DNA from: Phaeosaccion multiseriatum
Lineage: Eukaryota; Protista; Ochrophyta, other classes
Assembly: GCA_965112735.1 (NCBI GenBank)
Contig: OZ218963.1
Coordinates: 1,364,001-1,428,000, forward strand
DNA length: 64,000 bases
Direction of reading: 5' to 3'
A program made the position numbers and the translations under genes. The notes below the pieces were generated by a model that worked only from the letters and a program-made list of their open reading frames with translations, did not search any database and was not told where the DNA came from. Shown one piece after another: positions 36,401 to 48,959 of this stretch (positions within the stretch are counted from its first letter, which is position 1; each line of letters begins with the position of its first letter).

Positions 36401-39400
36401 ACAGGTAGGAGAGAGAGCAAGAGGAGAGAGAGACAGGTAGGAGACAGAGAGCAAGAGGAGAGAGAGACAGGTAGGAGAGAGAGCAAGAGGAGAGAGAGAC
36501 AGGTAGGAGAGAGAGCAAGAGGAGAGAGAGACAGGTAGGAGAGAGACAGCAAGAGGAGAGAGTGACAGGTAGGAGAGAGAGCAAGAGGAGAGAGAGACAG
36601 GTAGGAGAGAGAGCAAGAGGAGAGAGAGACAGGTAGGAGAGAGAGCAAGAGGAGAGAGAGAGACAGGTACACGAGAGAGAGCAAGAGGAGAGAGGCAGGT
36701 AGGAGACAGAGCAAGAGGAGATAGAGACAGGTACGAGAGAGAGCGAAAGTGTGTTCCAGGTAGGGGCGAAGGGTGAGCGACCAGCTGGAGATACCATTCA
36801 CCAGTTGGTGGTACAAAAAGAATGAGACAGAGCCCGAGGCAACCCCATCAAGACAAGACACACAGGGCGGCGGACGGGTTACAGCCCTTCGACCGTCGTA
36901 TCACAAATGGCAAAGCGGAGGAGAGGATTGCTCAACAGAGGCGTGGGGCAGGCAACGAGCCTGAGCCGATCCCGACTCGCTGGCCTCCTCTAGTCTGTTC
37001 TAGCCTTGCTTGATCTAGTCTGGCATGGTGTCTGGTCTCTTCTGATCTATTCTGGCCTTCTCTCCCGAGTTACCTGACAGGAGCCCGGGCGATCTTTGAG
37101 CGTGTTGAGCTGCCTGTGGACCTCCTCGAGCCCGGTCTTGGCCAGTGTGGCACTCGCCGCCTCTCTTGCAACGTTCTCAATGTTGTGCGCCTCATCGAAG
37201 ATCACAACGGCACCCTTCAAACTGTGCAGAGAGAGGAGGAGGAGGAGGAGGAGGAGGAGGAGGAGGAGGAGGAGGAGGAGGAGGAGGAGGAGGAGGAGGA
37301 GGAGGAGGAGGAGGAGGAGGAGGAGGAGGAGGAGGAGGAGGAGGAGGAGAGATATAAATGTATCGCAGAGGAATCGGATAGGGCAAGATGCATGTCAAGA
37401 ACGAACATACTTATTCTTCTTCGCCCTATTCTCGCGCTGGCCTTGGAGTGACCCCGTATGACCATGATATCCTATATGCCTTTGCCTGCCATGCGCTGCC
37501 TTGTATGATGCCTGACTGATATGACTCATGTAGATCTCATATGCCCTTTGCCTTCTCCATGCAAGAAGCACAGCAGCAGCAGTACGAATGGGACGCGCCG
37601 GCCCCCACCACACCCCACCCCACCCCCCTCGACCTCCTTCGCACTCACTTGATCCCCATTCGGGCTCGTACAAGCGGATCGATGACGTAGTTATATGGGC
37701 AAAGAACGAGGTGGGCTCCGGACATGAGGTCTCTGCTTGCATAGTACGGGCACGCGCTTGCCTGCGGAAGGTAAGGACGGGGGGGGGGAGGGGAGGGGGA
37801 GGGGGAAGGAGAGGGAGAGGGAGAGGGAGAGGGAGAGGGGGATGGGGAGGGAGAGGGAGAGGGGGATGAGGAGGGAGAGATGGAGAGGGTGAGAGGGAGA
37901 GGGGAAAGAGAGGGAGAAGGAGAAGAAGAGGAAGAAGAGGAAGAAGGAGATGGAGAGGAGAAAGCCCGGCAGCGAATACTTGAAAAACCAAAACTAGTTT
38001 TGCTCAAAGGCTGCAGGCTGAAGAACCAACCTGTCTACGTTAGAACCAACTCCAGGCTGAAGAACCAACCTGTCTACCTTAGAACCAACCTTCAGGCTGA
38101 AGAACCAACCCGTCTACCTTAGAACCAACCTCCAGGCTGAACAACCAACCTGTCTACCTTAGAACCAACCTCCAGGCTGAAGAACCAACCTGTCTACCTT
38201 AGAACCAACCTTCAGGCTGAACAACCAACCCGTCTACCTTAGAACCAACCTCCAGGCTGAAGAACCAACCTGTCTACCTTAGAACCAACCTTCAGGCTGA
38301 GAACCAACCCGTCTACCTTGCAACCTCCCTCCTCCTCCTCCTGAAGAACCAACCTGTCTACCTTGGTACGTAAGGTCCTCAATGTCCCACACGGGTCGAA
38401 GGCGGCGAGTGAGGTACTGCGTGCGGCGCCTGCATAGGGTAGATGGTAGTAGATGGTCGCAGATGGTGGGAGGATCAATCGAGGCACCGGCGGGGGGGGG
38501 GACAAGGGACACAACGGTCATTGGACAAATGACAGATGGGCCGGTACTTAGTTGGGTTGCTTCTAGTCATCGGAGTACGACGAGAGAGTATACGTATGGA
38601 AAGAAGCATAGAGGAGAGCCACAGACTGTCCTTATCAGTAGTTAATCGGCAGGGTCTCGGGCGAGAAGAGAACGAGTGGGAAGGAGGAGGAGGAGGAGGA
38701 GGAGGAGGAGGAGGAGGAGGAGGAGGAGGAGGAGGAGGAGGAGGAGGAGGAGGAGGAGGAGGAGGAGGAGGAGGAGGAGGAGGAGGAGGAGGAGGAGGAG
38801 GAGGAGGAGGAGGAGGAGGAGGGGACTGCAGACAAGGGCAAGGGGGGGTGGAGAGGCATCCGCGGGGGAAAAGGCGAGAAGAGAGCGAGTATGGAGGAAG
38901 AGGGCACAGACACAGGGACGGGGGCAAAGCACAACCCTCACTCACTCACTCACTCACTCACTCACTCACTCACTCGCTACTCACTCACTCACTCACCAGT
39001 AGTTGCAGCTGCCGTCCTTGCGATGCCTCTTGCAAGCGTCGTCCACACCCTGGGAGACAAAAGAAAAGGAATTGGGGCAGCACAAAAAGGGCGGATCAGA
39101 GCCGAGCACGGAGGGGGGTGGAAGGACGTCACGACTCAACGGCCGCTCGTTGCATTGCCTATGCCTGCGCCTGGGCCACTGACTTACGACAGTCACTGAC
39201 TTACGACGGATTGGTCCGTACCAACCTTGGGGTCGTTGAGGGCGCCTTTGTGTATGCAGGAGTGGCCCCTGCTCGCCAGGATGCTCATCTGGAAGACGGA
39301 GAAGTCGCCCCCTCGGGAAGCCGGGCTGGCGTAGTTGAGGGAGGGGTTGCATGTCTGCAGCTCCTCCACCACCTGGAAGGAGAGGGAGGAGAGGAAGGAG

Positions 39401-41283
39401 AGGAGGGAGAGGTTTCGATTAAAGTAATTTAATTTAAAAAAAAAAAAAAAAACGGGCAGGGATGGCGGGGGGGGGGGGGGGTGGCAGAGCACGCGACACC
39501 ACCCGAGCTTGAAGACACTTGGGAGTAAAGACCGACCGAGCAAGACCCATATAAATTCGTCCTCAATCCATCCATTCCATTTCATTCCCACTTGACCACA
39601 TGACCACGACCTCCACCCCTCCCCCCTCCCCTCGATCCATTCTCTCACCTGCGAGAGCTGCGAGTGCGTCCTGGAGCAAAAGATGACGAGGGGAATCTTC
39701 TTCCTCCTCCTCTTCATGTCCACCTTCGGGGGCGGCGAGGCGTGCGAGGACTTTGCTCCCTCATTCCCCTCCTTCCCCTGCTTCCCCCCCCCCCCCCCGT
39801 TGCCGTTGCCGTTGCCACTGCCACTGCCGCTTTGTTGGGTGCCATCCTGGTTGCCCCTCCCAAGCTTGCTCCCCGTGCCTTTTCTCTTCCCTGAGTGAGT
39901 AAAGTCAGTCGAGTGAGTGAAGTGGAGCGATTGCCCCCCAAAGGAAAGGGCGGTTAGCCCCTCTCCCCGTGTTCTCTCACGTGCTCCACCACCCTCTCTC
40001 AACCCCCCATCCAACCCGCTTACTCACCGCGCGCCTCTGGCGTCTTCTCAAAGTCATCATCATCATCATCACCACCATCATCGCTATCGTCATCGATCAC
40101 TTCCACCCCCTCGGGTGAGCTCCTCTCTCCTCCGCAGCCACCACCGCCTCCCTCCTCATAGGCCAGGTGAAGGTGAGTGGGGCTGTTCATGGCCCGTGAC
40201 GAAGGAGAGCCCCTGAAAGCGAATCGCTCCATGTCGAGGGCAGTCTGGCGGGACACCGAGAAAAAACAGAGGCCGAGAAAGGGTCCAAAGGGGAGAGAGT
40301 CACAAGGGTAGATGGACATGGGAAGAAGGGTGTCACAAGGGCAGATGGACATGGGGGAGAGGGAGTCAGCCAAGAACCTGCCGTCTCTCCTTACGCGACA
40401 GCCTGTTCCTCTCTGCTCTGGTAGACCCCTCCCCCCCCGGTTCCCTTCCTTCCTATCCCTGCCTATCCCTGCCTCGTCTTGTCAACTCACGTCAGCGTCG
40501 ACACCCCTTGTCGCTGCTGCTGCTGCTCCCCCTGCCGCTGGCTTTCCCTTCCTCCGCCCGCCCCTCTCCTTCTCCCTCTCTTCCCTATCCTGCGCCTCTG
40601 GGACCTCCTCCCACTCGTCGTTGATGCGGTGCTGTCGCTGGTAGGCCAGAGAAGAGCACAGCAGTGCGAGGGTCTTTCCTGAGGAGAGAGACGTAGGGGG
40701 GGGGGGCGGGGGCGGGTGTTCATATCGCTTCAGCCTGAGCCAACATGCTAGGGATAGAAACGCACATGTTGGAAGTTCCAAGGTCCACGCCGCCCTCCAT
40801 CAGTTGCAAGGGAATGGGGGGGGTGCAGGCAGTAGTTGGAGGGCGTATGCAAAGTACGACCACTCACTCACTCGGTCACTCACTCAATCACGCACTCAAT
40901 CACGCACGCACTCACTCAGTCACTCACTCACGCACCCACTCAGTCACTCACTCCCTTCGATTCGTACCTGTGCCGGTGGGCGATTCTAGCAGCGCGTTCT
41001 GGCCCCTCTTGAGCGCTATGAGGACCTTCGACATGACAGCTAGCTGCGAGGGGAAGGGTTTCTTGCCTGCCGGGAAGCACACCTTGCATAGATAGAGGAG
41101 AATAGAGGAGGGCAGCGTGGTGAGTGAGGTTGACAAAGCCGGACAAGAGGGAGGACCCGACGGCACGTACCTTGTGCCCCATGATGTTGGTGACGTTCTC
41201 AAAAGGCGGCATCTGATTTGAAGGCGCGTGGGGAGATTGGGGTGCGCACGTAGAGAGAGAGGGAGGGAGGGAGAAAGAGGGAA

Positions 41284-41338
<55 letters not shown>

Positions 41339-41612
41339 GGGGGGGACGGGAGGGAGGAAGAGGAAGGGAGAGTGAGAAGAGAGAGAGGAGGAGGAGAGAC
41401 AAAGAGAGAGAGCCCGAGAGAGAGAAGAGTGAGGAGGAGGAGGTTAAAGTCTGCTCCGTGCCGGGGGGGATGTAGTCCCTCTCACCAAAGATTACCTCTT
41501 TCTTCGGCTGTTCTACTTCTCCTCCTCCACCCGACACATCTAGCCCCTGCACGAGACCTCCTGAAGCACCACAGCCACTGCTGTATGCTCCTCCACACCC
41601 TCCTTCCTCCAT
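29035..41612 (-). CDS. FANCJ: FANCJ/BRIP1-type Fe-S DEAH DNA helicase (XPD/RTEL1 family)
   Basis: Many exons. Motifs PFPSQLAVM..ALLESPTGT|GKTLALLCSSLAYQ, SRTHSQLSQ, LASRGHSC, WDIEDL, ACPYYASR..CPYNYVIDP, VIFDEAHNIE, ILTSGTLSP, GILVFFPSY, AVCR|GKVSEGLDFSD, WYKLQAFRALNQ|AVGRCIRH. PSQLAxM and FPIRLEAGHVI favour FANCJ over RTEL1. Confidence 0.88.
33036..33272. repeat. Intronic direct repeats (~45-85-bp blocks, 3 copies)
   Basis: AAAGTCAAGAGTTGAGGGAAAGTCTCCTTCTAGTCTAGACGGCCTC x3, with repeated GGAAGGGAAACGAAAGCACA. Confidence 0.8.
35840..36740. repeat. ~32-36-bp minisatellite in FANCJ intron
   Basis: Unit GAGAGAGCAAGAGGAGAGAGAGACAGGTAGGA with variable AG counts; it forms the pyrimidine tract of the sense strand up to the acceptor. 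Confidence 0.92.
38015..38362. repeat. 40-bp minisatellite (~8 copies) containing the exon-intron junction sequence
   Basis: Unit AGGCTGAAGAACCAACCTGTCTACCTTAGAACCAACCTCC; the sense strand contains AG|GTAGAC, identical to the real donor near 38361. Confidence 0.88.
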
Positions 41613-41773
41613 GACAGAGTTGCAATTTTTGGGGGAGAAAAAAAATAAAAAAAATTGTAAAATCAATTCAAAAAACAGTTTGCGTTTCAATTTAATTCTT
41701 TTCCTTCTCCCCCTCGTCTTAAGAACACACTCCTCGATTATCCCAGCTCTGCAGGGCCAGGAAGCCAGTCCCG

Positions 41774-42515
41774 TCACGTGTCGTTTGCTGCTGCTGTGGC
41801 GCGTGCCACAAAGGCGACCACAACGAGCGCCACCGAGAAGACCATGAGCTCAGCCATGAGCTTTCGTCGGCTTGCCCCTGCCGGAGTGCGCTGCAGACAC
41901 CACTCAACCACAAAGTTTGCTCCCCCCCTACCACCACCGCCGCCGCCACCGCTGCTCGTGTTGAGCTCCATCCTGGAGAATGCCACGCCGTCGAGGGAGG
42001 AGCTACTGCTGCTGCTGCTGCTGCTGCTAGTGCTGCTGTTGTTGCTGCTGCTGCTGCTGCCACCGGTGCCACCACCACTGAGCGGGGAGTACGCGGAAGC
42101 GGTTTTGTAGAGGCGCAGATGCTCATTCTCCAACCGCAGAATGCCCCACAGAGACCGACGGATAATCTCGGCCGCCGCGATGACGGGGGACAGATAGATC
42201 TGGAAGTCTTTTGTAAAGAGGTACGAGGACTTGTTGTTACCTCCGTCGCTGTCGGCACCCCCTGCTCCTCCTCCTCCTCCTCCTCCTCCTCCTCCTCGGT
42301 TCACGGCATAGTTCTCCGGAATGATAGAAACGGTCCAGAAGAAGCGGAGGATGAAATTCAGCACAGCGATGGACACATACACCGCGTGGCGTTTGTAGAG
42401 TAGGCGGTGGCGCAACCGCACTCCCCAACAGCGCGCCCGGCCAGCGCCGCCACCCCCGCCCGCCCCAGCGTCGAACCGAAGTAAGTCCCAATCCATGAAT
42501 ATGTCCCAGCAGTAC

Positions 42516-42556
<41 letters not shown>

Positions 42557-45500
42557 CACAAACACAAACAAAGGGACAGCAACCACATATCCCGTTGGGT
42601 TAGTCGAATGGACAGTGTAGAGAGGGTGAACAAGAGGGTGACAAACTAACCACACAACGGAGGACAGAAGCAGTGGGGTCGAAGAAGAAAAAAGGAGGGT
42701 CGGTGCGGGTCGAAGAAGAAGAAGAAGAAGAAGAAGAAGAAGAAGAAGAAGAAGAAGAAGAAGAAGAAGAAGAAGAAGAAGAAGAAGAAGAAGAAGAAGA
42801 AGAAGAAGAAGAAGAAGAAGAAGAAGAAGAAGAAGAAGAAGAAGAAGAAGAAGAAGAAGAAGAAGAAGAAGAAGAAGAAGAAGAAGAAGAAGAAGAAGAA
42901 GAAGAAGAAGAAGAAGAAGAAGAAGAAGAAGAAGAAGAAGAAGAAGAAGAAGAAGAAGAAGAAGAAGAAGAAGAAGAAGAAGAAGAAGAAGAAGAAGAAG
43001 AAGAAGAAGAAGAAGAAGAAGAAGAAGAAGAAGAAGAAGAAGAAGAAGAAGAAGAACAGGAAGAAGAACAAACACCCCAACACGTAACAACACGTAACTG
43101 GTAAAGCGTTGCCGCCACAAAGGACAGGATCCACAGTGGAGAGTTGTGGAGCCCCGGCTGAAAGGCCCCGAACAGCGACACAGACATGGCGACTGCGTAT
43201 TTGAGCGCATTACCCAGGTGGGGCCAGCGCTCGCCCGTTTCAAAGCTGCGCCGCATGTTCTGCTGAAACCGCCACCACAGAGGAAGGGCCGTGAGCAAGG
43301 GCACCAGGCCATGTGAAAAAGCGGGTTGGTTGCCGATGTGGTCCTTGCCAAGGACGTCTGCAGGATCGGAGTTGTTGAGCCAGCCCCTCACTCCCGAGAG
43401 GAAGAAGACAAAGGCGAAGGCCAGGTCAATAAGGACTCGGACCAAGCTGGTCAGGACATCGCCCACGTAGCCGTGCACAAAGTGCACTGGACCAAAGGGG
43501 CTGATGACCGTCTGCCAGATGAGCAGCATGAGGTTTCGTCGCTTCCTCTTCCACGGGGTGAGGAAGCGGTGCATCATGTAGAGAAGCAGCAGGAGTGGGA
43601 AGGTGTGCGCGAACTGCGTCGGCATGAGGCGGGGGTCTATCAGCACCCCCCTCAGAGCCTTGTAGAAGGCAATGTAACTCACGAGCCACGCGATGCTCAG
43701 ATCGCACCCTGTCCGCCACACTTCCTCCACAGGAGACACCCGGGGGGGCGCGGGCTCCAACCCCAAGCAGCGGAGATAATCCACGCCAAACCTCCTCCAC
43801 ACCCAAATCTGCGCTCCCCAGCACCACACCAACAGCACGAGATTGCCCAGGCCTCTGTGGGGGTTTTGGGATCGAGCAGAGTCGAGGGAAAGGGTCAGGG
43901 TCAGGGTCAGGGTCAGGATCAGGGTCAGTGTCAGTTTCAGTGTCAGGGTCAGTGTCAGGGTCAGGGTCAGGGTCAGGGTCAGGGTCAGGGTCAGGGTCAG
44001 GGTCAGTGCCAGGGTCAGGATCAGGGTCAGGGTAGGGTGTTGTGATATATTTGAGACCAGTCTGTCTGGAACTATGTCTGGCTTCCATAGCTTCCTATGC
44101 GCCCACACACACATACACATACACACACACATACACACACACATACACATACACACACACACGCACACACACACGCACACGCACACACATACACACACAC
44201 TCCCTTTCGGGACCGGCACAAGGGCGTTCCATGAGAACAAGGACATCCACTACTGCCGCACACACATGACGGACACAGAGAGAGAGGCGCAAAAAGGCGT
44301 GCCAAGAGGGGGGAGTGGTGGCTCGCCAGTCCCCTGTATTAAACAACGAAGGCCCTAACCTAAGCGCTACTTGTTGGGTACTGGGGTGAGACCCAAACGA
44401 AGACAACACAACATACGTCTTCCCGACACAGAGAGACAGACAGACAGACAGACAGTACCAGAGCGGCCAGAGCGGCCCGTTGTGCTCCCAGCAGTACCGC
44501 ACCTGTATATCTTGAAGGCGGGGTCGTGCCACACACTCTTCCCCATGGAGTCGTCGGCCAGACAATCCCAGAGCACCCACGCCAGCAGCACCGCAGCCTG
44601 AGTAGAGGCGGCAGAAGCAGTGAAACAGCGAAATAGAAGAACGAAGAGGACATTTAAGCAAGAAGCGGGTTAAAAGAAGTGGCACATCCTCCCTCCTCCT
44701 CCTTCTCCTCCTCCTCCTCCTCCTCCTCCTCCTCCTCCTCCTCCTCTTCGTCCTCCTCCTCCTCCTCCTCCTCCTCCTCCTCCTCCTCCTCTTTCCTCCT
44801 CCTCCTCCTCCTCCTCCTCCTCCTCCTCTTTCTTCCTCCCCCTCCTCCTCCTCCTCCCCCTCCTCCACCACCACCGCCACTCCCACCCACTCACCGCCCC
44901 CAGTTGGTAGCCGAAGTGGAAGGTGCGCATAGAGCTTGTCGCTCCTGTGGAAGCTTTGAACATGAGCGAGGCCCGCGCCACGTCTACATCCCCGTTACAG
45001 AAAAGACCCGCGTAGAGCAGCTCAACTCCGCCCATCGTCTGGGACAGCGCCGAGCTGGAGAAGCACGGCAAGGAGTGGAGGAACATGAGAAGGTCTTTCT
45101 CGCACAGCAGGGCCGCTGTCGCAGCCGTGCTCGTGCTGGCCCTCGTGGGGGAGGCAACAGAAGTTGGTATCTCGCCGTACTCATTCTTCGGCCCGCTCCT
45201 GCTGCTGCCTCCTCCCCTCTTCCTCCCCGCTCCTCCTACGGTGTCGTCGTCGTCATCTGAGTGCACTGTCCGTACATGCGCTTGTATCAGGCGAGCACAA
45301 GCCTCATAGTTGACCATTTTGAAGGTCAAGAGGCGATGGCAGTGATCGTACAGCTTAACGGTGGCAATCTTCAGTCTCGCGTGCTCATGCGGGTCTGGAG
45401 TCACCGCGGTGACTCGTCCATTGGCCGCAGATACCCCCATTGCAGCAGCACCAGCAGTAGTGAACTTTTCCTTTTCACTACTGCTCGCTCGTGCCCCCCA

Positions 45501-46286
45501 GGTGCCAACGCCGCTACCACTACCGCTGCTGCTGCTGCTGCTGCTGCTGCCGCTCTCTATCGATCGAGATCGCAATCCCTTGTTTTGGCCCTGTCCCGCT
45601 TCCCCCCGTCTACTCGGAGATGCCAGGGCGTGAAAGACGCCGGGCTGCTGGTCCTCCCCCAGCCCCCCTGCCCCTGTCTGCTGCTGCTGCTGCTGCTGTT
45701 CCGCGTCACTCGCATTACTGGCGGTGCGGCCCCCTCTTTCCATGAGCTCTATACCTGCGCCTTTTGGTAAGAAGTGGCCCCGGTCACGACCTCTCTCTTC
45801 CTGCTGAGTCGACGACGTAGCAGCTACTCGGCCCTTCAGTGCGTGTCTGAGCCGCGCCGCCTCGTCCTGCAGGCCCTCAAGCTCCACTGCGCAGGAGCGG
45901 TACTCCTGCTCCAAGAATAACCACAGCTGATGGACTTCCCTCCGTAGCTCGTATGCAAAGGCCCTGGTAGCCGGCGCCGCGAAGGTTATTCCCTCGCCCC
46001 TTGCCCCCTCCATGTTCAGACTCAGACTCTGACCGTCTTCCGCACCAGCGCCCAGGAGCAGCAGCAGCGGAGACGGTGCATCGCGATCCCCCTCCTCTCC
46101 TACTTCTGTTCCCGACACTACAGCTGCTGCTGGTGGCGCAACTTGCGGTGCCGCTGCCATGGAAGGGTGGTCATCGTAAGGGTCGGGCGGGTCGTCCACC
46201 AACCGGTTCCGGAGAGCGGTGTAGTCTAGGCAGTGGCGGTAGTAAGGCCGCAGTTCAACATGGCTCGCATGAGCAAACCGGCCCAT
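41774..46286 (-). CDS. SPX-EXS phosphate exporter (XPR1/SYG1/PHO1 family) with degenerate SPX domain
   Basis: SPX-like MGRF..LRPYYRHCLDYTALRNRL, FAYELRREVHQLWLF, LLTFKMVNYEAC. EXS motifs GDVLTSL, LPLWWRFQQNMRR, HLGNALKY, WDIFMDWDL, NFILRFFW, EIIRRSLWGILRLENEHL. Four exons. Confidence 0.92.
42712..43056. repeat. Pure (GAA)n microsatellite in the SPX-EXS gene intron
   Basis: Over 110 uninterrupted GAA units. Confidence 0.95.
43891..44037. repeat. (TCAGGG)n hexamer tract
   Basis: Sense strand (CCCTGA)n lies just upstream of the acceptor near 43853. Confidence 0.88.
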
Positions 46287-47717
46287 GGATGGTGTAGCCG
46301 CTCTGTCTGGCCCTGTGTCCCACGTCAACCATGAGAAGCAGGAGGGGAATTTCGTATATTACACCCTTAAGTGCCATCTATGGTTGTCTAAAAGTAATGT
46401 CTCACCGCCCAGGGGAACTTTGCGAGGTCGTATCCCTCCGACTCATCTCCCCATCGGAACAAACAAAGTTGATTCCAGCCAGGCAGAGCAGGAGGGGAGG
46501 AGAGAATGAAAAAGTTTGAGTTCCAGCTTATTATTTTTGCTGAGGGCAAAGTGACGTGACGTGTATGCGCGAGTGCGCGCGTGTGTGAGTGAGTGAGTAA
46601 AGGAATAAGGGCGCGAGTGAGCGAGTGAGTGAGTGAGGCGAGTGAGGGAGTGAAGGAGGAGGGAGGAAGGGGGACGAGAGAGGGGCCAAGGCCATCTGTC
46701 GCGAAGCCAGCCTAGGCAGGCTAATGAGTATGAAGCCCCAATCAACTGGGCTGAAACCCGTCCAACACTAAAGTAACCCTGGATAGCCGATGCCAGCTGT
46801 ACCATGCTCAAGCAAAAGCGCGTCAGGGGCTGGCGGAACAAGCCCACCACTGACACCGCAGGCGCAGCGCGGCTGGTCGGTTGGTAGCAGTCAAAGCCGG
46901 CTGACGCTGGCGATAGCAGATGGCAGATGGCACGTCACGGATCGAATAAGTAAGCGTTTTTTTCGAAACAAGCCGCAGCCCTCTAATACTCTGCCTCGTA
47001 GTGTCACCAACCCCCCCCCCTCTCTCCCGCCCGGCCGCCCAACCAGCCAGCGCCCCGTCACTAGTAGCGCTTCCCCCCCCCCCCCTCCCCAGCAGAGGCC
47101 CACTCCTCCCCCCTTCTTTGCAGCGGCTGCCAAAAGCACGCAGCCCTCAGTTTATCTGTTCACTCAGTTGATCTGTTCGCGTCGCCTCCCAGTCCCCCAA
47201 ACTCATCGCCTCGGTGCCTGACTCGTCTGTCCTGTCCTGCCTTCTCTCCCCAAGCTTTCTACGTCATGCTCTCTTGCGTCATGCCTCGTCTGGCTGCCCT
47301 TCGGCTGCCCTTGGTGCCCTTCAACGGCACCCGAGCCAGCCCATGAGTGCGCTTCACCAGTTTCGTCACCTCCTCAACCAGCAGCCAAGGAGGGCTGGCC
47401 TGGCGGGACGGGGTTGCCCGCTATGCGCCACAGCCAATCTACCCTGGCGTCAGGGCATGTACTAGCTAAGTCTGGCACTGCGACTTTGGGGGGGGGGGTG
47501 GAGGGGGGGGATGCCATGTGGGCAAGACCAGTGACCACAGCCCACCAAGGAGGAGAAGACCGATCGATCAATGAATGAGATCGATGTGCTTCTCTTCTGT
47601 CTGCCCAACCTAGCCGACAGCTATCGACCGATATTGAGTATCGAATACATATATCGAAGGCCTCGACATGGAGCTACACTTGCTCTCCCTGGCTGTCGAT
47701 ATACACCACCATTGAAA

Positions 47718-47976
47718 TCGGCTCCAGGCGAGGTTTCTCGGGCTTTAGGCTTCTGGGCCGTAGCCCCCTCCAGGCTTCGGGCTTCTGGCCGCAGGCCAGT
47801 GGTCAGGCTTCAGGCTTCTCAGGCTGGGAGAAAAATGGGGGACTTGGGCAGGCTTCTCGCTACTTTCTGCAGGCTCCTGGCCGCAGGCCAGCCGCAGGCT
47901 TCTTACTTTCGGCCGCAGGCCGCCGCAGGCTTCTGCTTTATCGGGGGCCCGAGAAACCTCGCCTGCCTGGAGCCGA
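47718..47976. mobile_element. Non-autonomous TIR element A (259 bp), TCGGC...GCCGA termini, 6-bp TSD TTGAAA
   Basis: Left TCGGCTCCAGGCGAGGTTTCTCGGGC versus right (reverse complement) TCGGCTCCAGGCAGGCGAGGTTTCTCGGGC. TTGAAA on both flanks. Internal iterated AGGCTTC motifs. Confidence 0.85.
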
Positions 47977-47990
47977 TTGAAAGAAAGAAA

Positions 47991-48316
47991 GAAGGAAGGA
48001 AGGAAGGAAGGAAGGAGGGAAGGAAGGAAGGAAGGAAGGAAGGAAGGAAGGAAGGAAGGAAGGAAGGAAGGAAGGAAGGAAGGAAGGAAGGAAGGAAGGA
48101 AGGAAGGAAGGAAGGAAGGAAGGAAGGAAGGAAGGAAGGAAGGAAGGAAGGAAGGAAGGAAGGAAGGAAGGAAGGAAGGAAGGAAGGAAGGAAGGAAGGA
48201 AGGAAGGAAGGAAGGAAGGAAGGAAGGAAGGAAGGAAGGAAGGAAGGAAGGAAGGAAGGAAGGAAGGAAGGAAGGAAGGAAGGAAGGAAGGAAGGAAGGA
48301 AGGAAGGACGGAAGGA
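47991..48316. repeat. (GGAA)n microsatellite
   Basis: About 80 GGAA units adjacent to element A. Confidence 0.95.
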
Positions 48317-48959
48317 TAGAAGACATTAGGTCATACTCCACTATCATCCCATGCTATCCGAGCGAGCCCCGTCTCCATCAGGCCTTGGCCGAATCAAGAG
48401 GCCCAAGTCAAATCTGTCAATCAATCAGCCCAGGAGACCCAATCAGCCAGGTGAAGGGGAACGTCATGAAGAGGGCAACGTCGAGCTGCTGCAGCAGCAT
48501 CTCTGCCCGCATCGCCTCGTACTCGTCCCCTTCCGGTGCCTGGATGAAGCTCAGAAGCAGATGAATTGTTCAAAGGGTAGGAGGGAGTGAGGGGGAGTGA
48601 GTGAGTGAGTGACGGAGTGCGTGAGTGAGTGAGTGAGTGATTGAGAGATAGAGTGAGTGAGTATACGTGAGTACGTGAGTGATTGAGTGAGTGAGTAAGT
48701 GAGTGAGTTATATTTATTTGTACCGAAGTATATAATTATAAAAAAAAAGGAGGAGAGAGTGGGAGGAGGGAAGGAAGAAAATTTACGAAGATTACGTAAC
48801 CATTCGGGCTCAAATCTGAAACGCCAATCGTGATTTCCCCAACCTTTTCCCATAGTTGGAAAAGGTTAGAGCCCCGCTTTCCCTTTAACCACAGTGAAGC
48901 TGAGGCGCGGGGAGGGAGAGAGAGCAAACTTCAATCAGTTCTGGCGTGGGCCGACAGAG

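Noticed and set aside
35444-36861. Long ORFs (385-409 aa) in three frames, and similar ORFs at 11345-12452, 24426-25540 and 47571-48564
   Set aside because: Stop-free translations of micro- and minisatellites within introns or spacers, not proteins.
38015-38362. Regularly spaced repeats resembling a CRISPR array
   Set aside because: Head-to-tail tandem units without unique spacers, in a eukaryotic intron, with no cas genes.
46550-46563. Tandem TGACGT (bZIP/aureochrome-type site) upstream of the SPX-EXS gene
   Set aside because: Short motif, easily arising by chance, with no supporting evidence from sequence alone.
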